The notes beneath the pieces were generated by a model that did not search any database, was not told the origin of the DNA, and saw only the letters and a list, made by a program, of their open reading frames with translations. Of a stretch of DNA of 64,000 nucleotides, positions 28,324 through 40,032 are shown piece after piece. Origin of the DNA: Octopus sinensis. Lineage: Eukaryota. Each line of letters begins with the position of its first letter. The stretch's first letter is position 1. Position numbers and translations under genes: made by a program. The DNA is taken from NCBI RefSeq assembly GCF_006345805.1, contig NC_043017.1:16554001-16618000 (forward strand). The letters are read 5' to 3'.

Positions 28324-29058
28324 ATGGCAAAAAAAATGAACAACAGTGCTCAGAGTGGATGAAAGACTTTGAAGAGAGGACAGTGGTGTTGAGGTTTTAC
28401 TCAAAGTGGCTCGCCATTATCACCCTCTTTAAAAAGATACAAATTGAAATTTAGTTCAGGGGGGGGGGTCAAGTATGCAATGGTGTGGTTGCTATTTGAC
28501 ACCCCTGAGGAGGCTTGCAAATTTGCAAGCCACCATTAGAGGGCAAAGAGATTTTGTTTCTTCCCACGTATTGTGGGAAGAAGTTGACAAGAGCTTGGGT
28601 CTGCGGGTTGCCACCTGGGATAGAACCTGAGTGGATAGAAGACACTATCTGCCGGAGTTTGGGTGGCAGTGGATCCAAGCTGCTTAATGTTAAAATAATG
28701 CCGGCAGCTGATTGGGTTGGGTCAAAAGCTGTTTTGACCCTGTGGACCCAATCAGCTAAGAATCTGGTCTTTCCAGATTTTCTGAAAATGGCCAGTTGCA
28801 GGTACCTACTTGAGGGACCCCCCCCCCAAGTGTCCCCTGTGCCTGGAACCAGGTCACATTAAAAAGAACTGTACCCACGACCAGAGTAGGATCCTGGAAC
28901 AACTGGTTGAGGAAGAGCTACTCCCTCCTCCTTCGGAGGGAGAGATGGAGACCTTCCCCCCCCAAAAAGGAAGAAGGTGGACAACAATGGTTGCCCACCG
29001 AAGGACCGTAAAGCTGCAGGAGGGAGGGAAGATCCTCCAGTTAAAGCATAAGAACTAG
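28324..29058 (+). mobile_element. Frameshifted gag-like ORF1 of an L1/Tx1-type non-LTR retrotransposon
   Basis: Joined frames give ...LFLPTYCGKKLTRAWVCGLPPGIEPEWI...YLLEGPPPKCPLCLEPGHIKKNC, a CX2CX4HX4C zinc knuckle. The element probably spans about 27900-29480. Confidence 0.7.
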
Positions 29059-29699
29059 ACCCTCTTTTATCAAAGACGAGAAAAAAGAAGAAAAAGATTG
29101 GGACAGTGCAGGCAGTTAGCAGTACACTGCCGACATGTCCTGAAACCTTGTCGGTGGAATTGTGTCACTGACGGATGACACTGTCGACTGTCCCAGTATA
29201 ATATATGAGGAATTTGTGATCTTTCTTAAGGGAGGAGCTGCAGAGAACTTTATGAGGAATCTGGAAGGTCGGGAAGAGGAGGTCCTGTCCTACACTGAAA
29301 GGTGGCTGCAGAGGACATGATGGAAAATGATTTCTACAGAGTGATGGATTCCTTTACTAAGGATGAATGCAATTATCCCTTATGGGAACCCGACTTGCAA
29401 AAGCAAGCTTGCCTGCAGACGGCAAGAGACTTAGTTTGGGAGGTAGAGTGAGAGGTCTTAGTGCCTCAATTTGGTGATTTTGGTAAGAGGCTCAGCACTT
29501 CAATTTGTAACTGTTGTAAGAGGTTCAATACCTCCTTTGTATTTTTTAAAAAAGAACAATGTTATCGTGAAGTAACAATCGGTGAGCGTTGTCTGTTTCC
29601 CCCACCAACCATCTCGTTTTCATTCCAGCATCATTGTATCTGTGTCCAGCCCATAAGCTTCCATCTGTATTATGCCTTTATGGCAAATGTAATGAAATA

Positions 29700-30069
29700 A
29701 AGAAGCTTGCTTCCCAACCACATGGTTCCGGGTTCAATCCCACTGCATGGCGTCTTGGGCAAGCGTCTTCTACTATAGCCTCAGGCTGACATTGGCCTTA
29801 CAAGTTGATTTGGAAGATGGAAACTGAAAGAAGCCTGTCGTATATACATACATATTTATACATATATGTGTATGTGTTTGTCCCCTCACCATCGCCTGAC
29901 AACTGATGTTGCTGCGTTTAGGTCCCCGTAATCTAGGGGTTCGGTAAAAGAGACTAATAGAATAAGTAATAGGCTTACAAAGAATAAGTTCTAGATCGAT
30001 TTGTTCAACTGATGGTGGTGCTCCAGCATGGCCACAGTCAAATGATTGAAACAAGTAAAAGAGTAAAAG
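29700..30069 (+). mobile_element. tRNA-derived SINE
   Basis: Same family as 10417-10786, with the AAGTAAAAGAGTAAAAGA tail. Confidence 0.85.
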
Positions 30070-30081
30070 AATATATATATA

Positions 30082-30665
30082 GGTACTACTTGAGAACAGT
30101 GGTCCCGGTGCACGCACTCGCTAGTCATGACTAGTCGATCCTTTGTGTTTTATTTACTTTGGATCTTTTCGGTTTGAACGGCAGTTTTTAACATAATTTC
30201 TAAGTGACTAAAAAATTTTAAACTTCGTATACTGGTAGAATGTGTTTATAAAACATCTTCTTCTCTTAGCTTTATTGAGAAAATTCTATAGTTTGTAAGA
30301 TATTTGTTGTTTTTTTTCCTCAATTTCTGCAATTTCAACCAATCAATGACGTCCATTGAGGTAAATAGCATTCTGTGCCGTATGAATATGTCCCTCATTT
30401 AAGAAACAGATTGGGTTTATTTACATCTGTGAAGAAAAAAAGATACCCTTCTCCCCACCCCTAACCCTAAAAGAGATTGAAATGCAATAGATCGATTCTA
30501 GGGTCATAATTATGGGTGACAATTTCATATGACACCGCTAGAAAAAACTGCTGTGTAAAAAAATTATTTATTTTGTATTTTATTTACTTTGCTAGGTAGT
30601 CGTTGTAGGATCGATTAGTCACGACTAGCTAGCGCGGATCGGGACCACTGTTCTCAAGTAGTACC
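30082..30665. mobile_element. MITE / non-autonomous DNA transposon with 26-bp TIRs
   Basis: GGTACTACTTGAGAACAGTGGTCCCG at the left and its exact reverse complement at the right; internal CCCTAACCCTAA. Confidence 0.85.
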
Positions 30666-31701
30666 AATGGAAATGGTGAGAGGACTCGGAACATTCCCAA
30701 TGTGAATTTTCCGAGTCCTCCCCCCCGCGTTCGCCAGCGCACATTTTTTTTTCCATATTCATTTACTACATGTTGTTGTTGTTGTATTGCACTTTTTTTT
30801 TTTCGTTTTTTTTGGGGGGGCTTTTTTTGCTCGCGTCAAACACTTTAGTTTGAATCGAAATCTCTGACCCTTTCACTTAGATACGATCTATCCGGCGGAA
30901 TTACAAACCCTTTCTGCTTATCATAACAGTCAAAAACATGTCGTAACTATGAGGACTACGGTTCGACTCTGCTGTACGGTGGTGACTTGGGCAAACTTCT
31001 TTCTTCCAACACATATTAAATCCACTTTCCTATACGTTTATGATAAGACTACTTGGAAATAAATCAAAGTCATTCAATAATCCGCAGACAGGTTGATAAA
31101 GAATTATATTGCCTTACAACAACCTCTCACTATGTTAAAGACTACAAGGTTCAGTAAATGCTTATATAAAAACAATAAATAATACTGATGTAATATAAAA
31201 AAAAAAAGGAAAAAATAATAGAAACAAAAACCCTAAACTTACCCCCGAACCTGGATGTTTAAACCACAGCAAGTGCTTGATGTTTCGGTTTCCGACTGTC
31301 GTAAATATTTCCCGATACTTTTTAGATTAAACCAAAACCAAATATTAGCTTTCATGATGTTATTACTGTTCATCGTTCATTTACTTTTTATGTATATGGA
31401 TATTAATTACTAAATAGATAATCTATATTAAAGATCGCGCTCATTTTATTACAACACAAATCGAGGCATTGTTTCGATTTCCTTTACGATATTTCTTGTA
31501 ATAACAAGAAAAGTAGGTTCGAATCCCACTGCTGTCTGTATTTATTGTGTTGTGTTCTTCATTTACTTCAGTTGGTAATTTTTTTACTATTACACCCGTT
31601 GGGTGAGACGAGTATAATAGCAGAAGTTTTGGTATTTATTTGCTGAATGTAGAAAATCAGTCCCCGACATATTAGAAGGTTTGGAGATGATGTAAAGGTA
31701 T

Positions 31702-32288
31702 GGATCTTTTCCTTTTGAACGGCAGTTTTCAACACAATTTCTAGTTAACTTTTAAACTTCGTATGCTGGTAGAATGGGTCAAAATAAAACATTTTTTCTC
31801 TTGGCTTTCTTGAGAAAATTGTAATTTGTAAGTTTAACGTAGTTTAATTTTTCGAATTTTAACCAATCCTATTGAGCTAAAATCATTTGCTGCGTCTAAA
31901 ACTGAGACAACATCCTGTCACTAACCCTAACCCTAAATTTTAGCCTTTCGTTTTTTTTTCTTAATTGTTAAATTAAAATTATTTTCCATTGCTTTCGTTT
32001 TTTTTTCTTAATTCTTAAATTAATTTAACAAGTAAGAAAAAAAAAACGAAAGGCTAAAATTTAGGGTTAGTGACAGGATGTTGTCTGTTTTAGACGCAGC
32101 AAATGATTTTAGCTCAGTAGAGGGCATAGGATTGGTTAAAATTCGAAAAATTAAACTACGTTAAACTTACAAATTACAATTTTCTCAAGAAAGCCAAGAG
32201 AAAAAAATGTTTTATTTTGACACATTCTACCAGTATACGAAGTTTAAAAGTGTTTAGTTAACCAGAAATTGTGTTGAAAACGGCCATT
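31702..32288. repeat. Fold-back element with ~250-bp inverted arms, related to the interior of the 30082 MITE
   Basis: About 31716-31965 is the reverse complement of about 32030-32288. CTAACCCTAACCCTAA and TTAGGGTTAG lie near the centre. Confidence 0.85.
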
Positions 32289-32889
32289 CTGGATGGTTTT
32301 ATATTTACAGATATTTATTAGTATGTTACATGTTTTTATAAATCATATATCATATATTAGGGTTCTTTTCACTTTGACTGGCAGATTTTTAAAATAATTT
32401 CTTTGTAACTAAATACTTTTAAACTTCATATACTGGTAGAATGTGTTACATAAAACATCCGGTCAAAGTGAAAAGTGCTTTCATCCACTCTAGTGGAGTC
32501 TTCAAATTGAATTAACTTTTGCAGGAATTTTGACTCTTTTTATAGTATTATTGAGTGTGTAGGGGTGGGGAGAGATATAAGATAGTACAAGAGGGTGAGG
32601 AATGGGGAGAAAGTGAGAGAGAGCATGTGTGTGTGTTTTTGTATCTGAAAAAAGTGTTAAAGAAAAAGAAGGAGAGAAAGAAAAAAAAATTTGCTATCTT
32701 TGCAGCTGGTCAGTTTGTCAATAATAAGCAATTCTTGGCTTTTGGTAATGGCAAATTCAGCTGGTCATTCCAAGGGGGAAAAATGTCACATTTCAAAAAA
32801 TTGTCTGGATTTCCTTTTTATAATTGTCTTGTGAGAGTGTGTGTGTGTGTGTTTTTGTATTACCTCCTCCGCTATCTTATGCAAGTCTT

Positions 32890-33210
32890 GTAAACCGACT
32901 TGGATGGCCACTTTGAGGCCGTAGTCCTACCAGTTTACCTCCTTCACCCTCATCACTTTCAACACCTTCACGTCTTCCTCCATATTATACAGGATGGCTG
33001 CCACCAGTCACACCTCCTCAATCTCCAGTGGTACTCTGCCAATCCTTACCCTGGCTACTCATTTGCCACAGTAAATCAGCAGAAGTACCCACTCTGGTGT
33101 CCTTAGCATCACAGTGGAGTGGTTTATTGCTTCTTGTTCACTAGTGAACCCTACCTCTGCTGTGCCGTATTTCCTCCCTCTCGTGTAAAATGTTGAGGCA
33201 TTTTACCACC
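32890..33210 (-). mobile_element. Second L1/Tx1-type ORF1 relic
   Basis: Minus frame reads LLLIYCGK*VARVRIGRVPLEIEEV*LVAAIL, homologous to the ORF1 at 28515. Confidence 0.55.
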
Positions 33211-33612
33211 TTTATGGTCTCAAAAATTTGTCCTACGAAGAAAGGCTGAGGACGCTCGACCTTTATTCTTTTGAAAAACGCCGCCGCCATGGTGATCTCA
33301 TTCTCGCCCACAACATCATAAGCAGAAAGTGTAACCTCTCGAAAGAGCTGTTCTTCACTCCTGCTCCAGAGCATCGGCTGCAGGGTCATTCTGAAAAGCT
33401 CTACCTGCGACGATTTCATCTCAATCGAAGGAGAGGAGCTTTCTCCGTCTGGGTTGCGGATCCGTGGAACAAGCTGCCAGACGAGATGGTGAAGATGCCG
33501 ACGACCGCTTTGTTCAAAGCCTCCCTGGACCTCCCTGTACTTAACTCCATGTCCCCCTACATGGCCTTGCTATTTGCTTTTGAGCCAAATTAACTAACTA
33601 ACTAACTAACTT
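33210..33612 (+). mobile_element. CR1-clade LINE 3' end with (TAAC)n tail
   Basis: SYEERLRTLDLYSFEKRRRHGDLI...GHSEKL...WNKLPDEMV...FKASLD is the CR1 ORF2 C-terminus; a microsatellite tail follows. Confidence 0.85.
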
Positions 33613-33920
33613 CTATAGCCTCTACTGTGGCTATTTCAACTTTTGCGATGTCATAGACAGTGTTCTATACACCACCGTCTGCTTCATCACACTCACTGTT
33701 AAATTTTCTGGTGGTGTCAACTTCAAACTGGTTCCATCTTTCTCTATGAGTCTTAAATCATTAAAAATGTTTTAGCCCGAAGGCTGCGGCCATGCTGGGG
33801 CACCATGAACTCCTTCAATTTCCTCTGCTCCATCTTTATCTCTTGTACCTGCAACATGTCCGCTGTCAAACTTCTGCTAGTTGGAACTGGTTCACACTCC
33901 TTCGCCCTCTGCTTCTTGTC

Positions 33921-34780
33921 TCTGTACCTGGATTTCGTTGACATGGAGAAAGCCTTTGGCAGGGTCCCCTGATCCCTTATCTGGTGGTCAATAAGGAAAC
34001 TAGGGATAGATGAATAGTTAGTGAGAGCTGTGCAAGCCATGTATAGGGGCGCTGTAAGGTGACGGTTGGCAACAAGTACACTGAAGAATTCAGGGTAGAG
34101 GTAGGGGTCCACCAAGGTTCAGTCCTTAGCCCCCTCCTATTTATCATAGTCCTCCAGGCAATAACAAAGGAATTCAAGACAGGATGCCCATGGGAGTTCC
34201 TCTTTGCCAACGACCTTGCTCTAATTGCTAAGTCACTATCAGAACTAGAGAAGTTTCAGGTGTGGAAACAAGGATTAGAATCGAAGGGCCTTAGAGTCAA
34301 CCTAGCTAAAACCAAAGTCCTAATAAGTAGGAAGGCAGGCAAACCACAAATTCCTGCAGAAAAGGTGTAGGTAGAAACTCTATAAGATGTATCCAGTGTA
34401 AGCTATGGATACATAAGAGGTGCAGCAATATCAAAGGAAGGCTACCTGGGAAGATAGTTTTTGTATGTGGCAGGTGCTTTGGAGCAATAAACACTGAAAA
34501 TGTGCAGAAAACAGCTTCTGCCACATACCAGGGAGAAAGACTAGAAGTAGTTGATAGCTTCCATTACCTAGGTACCAAGTCAGTAGTGGGGGAGGGTGCT
34601 CTGAAAGTGTAGCTGCTAGAATAAGAATAGCCTGGGCAAAGTTCAGAGAGCTCTTACCTCTGCTGGTGACAAAGGGCCTCTTGCTCATGTGTATGAACAG
34701 CCATGCTACATGGCAGTGAAACATGGGCCGTGACTGCTGAGGACATGCGTAAGCTCGCAAGGAATGAAGCCAGTATGCTC
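33921..34780 (+). mobile_element. RTE-clade LINE RT fragment, degenerate
   Basis: DMEKAFGRVP...GVHQGSVLSPLLF...FANDLAL...VNLAKTKV. Confidence 0.9.
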
Positions 34781-34800
34781 TGGCTTCACTCCATTCCAGA

Positions 34801-36081
34801 ATCATCATCATTTAGCGTCCGCTTTCCATGCTAGCATGGGTTGGACGGTTCAACTGGCGTCTGGGAAGCCAGAAGGCTGCACCAGGCCCAGTCTGATTTG
34901 GCAATGTTTCTACGGCTGGATGCCCTTCCTAACGCCAACCACTCCGTGAGTGTAGTGGGTGCTTTTTACGTGCCATCGGCACAGGTGCGAGACGGGACTG
35001 GCAAATAGCCACGGTCGGAAGGTGCATTTTACGTGCCACCGGCATGGGGGCCAAGCGAGGCTGGCAACAACCAAGATCGGATGGTGCTTTTTACGTGCCA
35101 CTGGCACGGAGGCCAGTCGGGGCGGCGCTGACAACAGCCACGATCGGATGGTTCGCTTACGTGCGACTGGCGCTAGTATCACAGCTGCAATTTCATTGAT
35201 GTTGATCAACTTCGATTTTGGTTCTGATTTCCACTTGCCTCAACAGGTAGAGTTTTGTGTCCCAAGAAGGAAAGGTAAGTCGACTGGCTACATCCCAGGT
35301 AGAGGCCATGGGTTATGGTCTCACTTGTCCTGCCGGGTCTTCTCATGCACAGCATACTTCCATAGGTCTCGGTCTCTAATCATTTCCTTGGTGAGACCTA
35401 AAGTTCGAAGGTTGTGCTTCACCTCCTTGTCCCAGGTTTTCCTGGGTCTACATCTTCCATAGGTTCCCTCAACCGCTAGGGTGTGGCACTTTTTCACACA
35501 ACTATCTTCAGCCATTCTCGTCACATGACCATACCAGCGCAAACGTCTCTCTTGCACACCACAACTGATGCTTCTTAGGTCCAACTTTTCTCTCAAGGTA
35601 CTTACACTCTGTCAAGTATGAACACTGACACTATACATCCATTGGAGCATACTGGCTTCATTTCTTGCGAGCTTACGCATATCCTCAGCAGTCACGGCCC
35701 AAGTTTCACTACCATGTAGCATGGCTGTTCGTACACATGCATCATACAGTCTGCTTTTATTCTGAGCGAGAGGCCTTTTGTCACCAGCAGAGGTAAGAGC
35801 TCTCTGAACTTTGCCCAGGCTATTCTTACTCTAGCAGTTACACTTTCAGCACCACCCACCCCCCGCTACTGACTTGGTCACCTAGGTAACAGAAGCTATC
35901 AACTACTTCTAGTTTTTCTCCCTGGAATGTGGTAGAAGTTGGTCTCTGCACATTTTCAGTGTTTATTGCTCCTGAGCATCTGCCACAAACAAGGACTATT
36001 TTCCTAGTTAGCCTTCCTTTGACATTGCTGCACCTCTTATGTGTCCATAGCTTACACTTGGTGCATCTTATAGAGTTTCTA
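34801..36081 (-). mobile_element. RTE LINE 3' end: ORF2 C-terminus plus 3' UTR with internal ~65-bp repeats and (GAT)n tail
   Basis: RRLRWYGHVTRM...GRCRPRKTW ORF at 35321-35596, then GTGGCACGTAAAAAGCACC repeats and CATGCTAGCATGGAAAGCGGACG...GATGATGAT. Confidence 0.9.
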
Positions 36082-37115
36082 AAAAACGAAAAATTTTATC
36101 ATATGCACAATGGTGTTCTGGAAGAAGTTTAGGCTCATGTTCATTCACAAATGCAACCAACTCTGTAATGTCATAATTTGTCTCTCTTGCTATGTCACTA
36201 ATTTGACAGTTTCTTTTTGGCAGTCCAGAGCCAGACTCTTGCAAGATTTTGCCTCCCACAGCCAAAACCTGATCCTCAATTTCAATCAGTGCTTAGTTAA
36301 AAAGTATTTCAGAGAACTGAATATTGATATCTGGGTTTGCCTGTTGAATTGCATACTTTAAGTCCTCAGCCATCTCCTCACGATATTTCATCCAAAGCTG
36401 TAGGGGACTGCCAAGTTGACACACGTTCAGTATAATTGCTAAAAGGTTTCGGAGTTTCCTTGGAGAATCTGATACTGATGCTTCAGTCAATGCAAGGTCC
36501 CATTGCTCATCATTTTCTAAATAAAAAAACCTTGTTGATAGCATGCTTCCCTATAACTTTCACACACGCAACCGTTTACCCTCCTCGAATCTTGGAATGG
36601 TTTGGGACCACATACTTCATGCAAAAGGAGCCGTAAGTAGTAGCATTCTGCTTGGCTCTTGCAAGAGCATCAGCTCCACATTTCCTCTTGTGCCTTTTAT
36701 TGTTTCTCCAGGTGTAATACTTGGGTAATTGTGGGTAAAGGAGTTTTCTTGCATCTTCATCTTCTTGACACAACTTTAAAAATGACAGTAAGGGTAGTTT
36801 CCTTTGGTGAAGGTGCTCGTTGCAAGGCTGTTTGTTTTGTGAAGATAACCCTGTGGCCATTCTTTAGATGGACACCCAGATGAATGATGGCTGGGTGCCT
36901 CTCAAGAATGGGAAAATCGAAGATGCGCCAAAAAGGCCTCATTGGTACTCATTGGTATCTTCCTCTGTCATACTGCACAAGATTGTATGTTGCAGCATCT
37001 AAACCTTTGTTTATATATTTGCAAACATTAACTCAGGCTACCTGAACTCGTCTTCACTTCCCTGTAGAATACTGATCATCTACATTTACCTCGACTCCTC
37101 TTGTAAAATGTGAGA
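36082..37115 (-). mobile_element. Helitron RepHel coding fragment, degenerate
   Basis: YINKGLD...WRIFDFPILERHPAIIHLGVHLKNGHRVIF...ECYYLRLLLHEVCGP...LENDEQWDLALTEA...PRKLRNLLAIIL...LWMKYREEMAED. Confidence 0.88.
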
Positions 37116-37589
37116 AAAATGTCTTAGGAAACTTTTTCGAAAATTAAAATGGGGATTAAATGAAAAATGAGTTCCGTGAATATCTTCACAGGAGTGATTG
37201 AAATAAATGGCAATTGTGGAACGCACACAGTATCAAACATCAGATGAAATGGATGTGTGTGTGTGAGAGAGAGAAAGAGAATGTCACTTAGACATTTCCC
37301 TTTTTCATACGCACACATACATACAAAACAGACGAATACATATGTATTTATGTATGTACGTATACATAACACACCCCTTCACTGACTGACTGACTCTCTC
37401 TCTCTCACAAACACACATTCATAAATGTATACAAACATACAAAAACACACGTGTGTGACAGAGACGGAGAGCGAGAAGGTTGCAAACAATGAATGGAAAA
37501 CATTAAATGAAAAAATCGTATAAATCAAAGCTCTTGTACCGTATATTTAAATTTATGAACTTAGTCAATATTTCTTTCAGTAATTTATA

Positions 37590-37773
37590 TTTCTTTACAA
37601 GGACAGACAAATGGATTGAATCGATTACATCGACCCCAGTAAATACCTGGTACTTAATTTATCGACCCCGAAAGGATGAAAGGCAAAGTCGACCTCAGCG
37701 GAATTCGAACTCACAACGTAACGACAGACGAAATACCGCTAAGCATTTCGCCCGGTGTGCTAACCACTCTGCC
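37590..37773 (-). mobile_element. tRNA-related SINE (second family)
   Basis: Reverse complement contains GAGTTCGAATTCCGC and GTCGACTTTGCCTTTCATCC. Confidence 0.8.
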
Positions 37774-38177
37774 ATTATGTATTTATCGTAGTTGTTTGCA
37801 AATAAATTAAAACTTGAAATAAAATCATCAAAATAGAGATTAAGAAACTTTACAAATGAAAACAGAAAATTTTGCTGTTGCTACGTCAATACCGGAAGTT
37901 GACACTGAGAAACCACTTTAAAGGAGCGAATCACATATAAAGCAATGCTATTTATTTTTACTAAAAAAAAAAACAACTGAAGACCCTATAATATATCCGA
38001 GGTCAAATCATTCAGGCGATCTTTCGTCTCTAGTAGTTTAGTTTTTACAGTATGTTCTATCTCTGTCTTTCCAGTACACACACACACAGTTTTTATTTTT
38101 ACATAGACCTGTGTATATTCGCTTTTCACGCGAAAAGGGCTGCACGAATTGCTTCCATTCTTGGAATGAATGAATGA

Positions 38178-38605
38178 TGGCAATCTTTCGTCTCTAGTAG
38201 ACCTTTCCGTCGATTTCCGTAAATTTTTTTTTTTTTACACATGGGCTTGCGGGAACTTTTGAAGTAATGAGAGCGAAAGAGACTAAGAGAAAGCGATTTT
38301 ATGACGAGGGAAGTTCTTTTGAAGTTACCGTCCAGGGGAAGCATTGATGTACATGTGCGTGTGTGTCTGTCTGTTTGATTGGGTGTGGGAGACAGACAGT
38401 ATGTTGTGTAAGTGAAGTGCTTCTGTTAGTGTGTGTGTGAAGAGACAGAGTATTGTGTGAAAGAAAGAGATAACTGAAATTTTTTACTCGGTGTATGTGT
38501 ATATGTATGTATATTACTTCAAAAGTTCCCGCAAGCCCATATGTAAAAAAAAATATTTTTTTAAAGAAATCGACGGAAAGGTCTACTAGAGACGAAAGAT
38601 CGCCA
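38178..38605. mobile_element. MITE with ~85-bp imperfect TIRs
   Basis: TGGCAATCTTTCGTCTCTAGTAGACCTTTCCGTCGATTTC... is inverted at 38513-38605. A partial TIR copy lies near 38015. Confidence 0.8.
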
Positions 38606-38665
38606 TAAAAGGCAAAGTAATTTTATAAATCGAAATTCACTTATTGTATCAAGTATTGGGGAATG

Positions 38666-38881
38666 AAGACTTTAGCTGAGGCTGCCTGTTGCAGTCGACT
38701 ATGTCCGTGTGTTGCTAATAGAAGCTGGCTTCAGTCGCCGCGCCACTCTGCTACTAATAGCGCAGGTTCCCCCAAGACTTTAGCTGAGGCTGCCTGTTGC
38801 AGTCGACTATGTCCGTGTGTTGCTAATTGAAGCTGGCTTCAGTCGCCGCGCCACTCTGCTACTAATAGCGCAGGTTCCCCC
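38666..38881 (+). repeat. 108-bp direct tandem duplication, GC-rich
   Basis: 38666-38773 and 38774-38881 differ at about one site. Confidence 0.95.
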
Positions 38882-38899
38882 CTAGTTTTGTGACCAAAG

Positions 38900-39250
38900 A
38901 TGACAGACACTACCAACAACACGAAATCAATCAGAAGAAGCACACTAAAACACCCGAGGTACTCAGAAATGGTCATTGCTGCTATATCAAACCAAGACAA
39001 GAACAGGTGCTCCAGAAGGGAAATCATCAAATACATCGTATCGAACTACAACGTGGGAGACAAAATCCAGTTAATTAAACTCCACGTGAAGCGTGCCTTG
39101 AACGTTTGGGTGACGAAAGGGATACTTTCGGAAACCAGGCGATGCTCAGGCCATGTCAGCACCAACAAACGGAAACTGATGCACAAAATGAAGAAAACTG
39201 GGAAAGTGACGCCTTCAAAGTTGGATAATTTGAAAACAACAGAAACTTAA
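38900..39250 (+). CDS. Divergent linker-histone H1/H5-like protein (globular domain, very short tail); gene or pseudogene
   Basis: HPRYSEMVIAAI...SRREIIKYIVSNYNVG...LHVKRAL matches the H1 winged helix, and a histone stem-loop lies 24 nt after the stop. Confidence 0.7.
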   Translation: MTDTTNNTKSIRRSTLKHPRYSEMVIAAISNQDKNRCSRREIIKYIVSNYNVGDKIQLIKLHVKRALNVWVTKGILSETRRCSGHVSTNKRKLMHKMKKTGKVTPSKLDNLKTTET

Positions 39251-39274
39251 TAAAATTTGATTATAACATAAAAA

Positions 39275-39290
39275 GGCCCTTTTAAGGGCC
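39275..39290 (+). terminator. Histone 3' stem-loop
   Basis: AAAA-GGCCCT-TTTA-AGGGCC-ACCA fits the metazoan replication-dependent histone consensus. Confidence 0.9.
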
Positions 39291-39755
39291 ACCAACGCCA
39301 TTTTGATTTTATACTCCTACAAAATGAATGCGATCTCTTGAATGTTGGACTCATTCTTTCCTCTGTGTATAAATGCTTAGAATTGAAGTCTTTGTAAAGT
39401 AATTTTTTTTATTTTGCTTTTAAATCTTCCCGTTTTTTTTTGTTTGTTTGGATAATATTTTATTTATCTATCTTCGTTGTATGAGTTCACTTTCTCAAGT
39501 TCGCATGGTGTAACATCTTCCAATTTCTGTGGGGAAACAATTTGAAAACATGTTTTTTTTAAATCTAGGTTGTTAAATTTGACATTTATTTTACTAGCAA
39601 CAAAGATTTCAACAGTCATGAATTAGTTGACACGTTTCTTTTAGTGAAATACTAATAAAATTAATATTTGCCGATTTTGTTCTTAGACACATATCAACCG
39701 TGGATCTGCGGACCCATGTTTAAGGGCGTCCCAAATAATGACCATCCCTTTTTTT

Positions 39756-40032
39756 GGCATTCTTTCGATATAACTCGACAAAATCAAAACATTTCACTTG
39801 GGGTATTTCCGTGGAAGCAAATGACAGTTTGGTTCTGTTTTCTGATTGGAAATTTGCGGATTTTATAAACACACATGAAACAGACAAGAACAAATATGCA
39901 AGACTTTTTTTTTTCTTCAAGTTTAAAAATAAGACATTGCTGGCATAATTTCGTTATATCTCAACTCCACAACCCACGGAGATACCCAAAGTGAAATGTT
40001 TTGATTTTGTCGAGTTATATCGAAGGAATGCC
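39756..40032. mobile_element. MITE-like element with ~59-bp TIRs
   Basis: GGCATTCTTTCGATATAACTCGACAAAATCAAAACATTTCACTT... is inverted at about 39974-40032. Confidence 0.75.
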
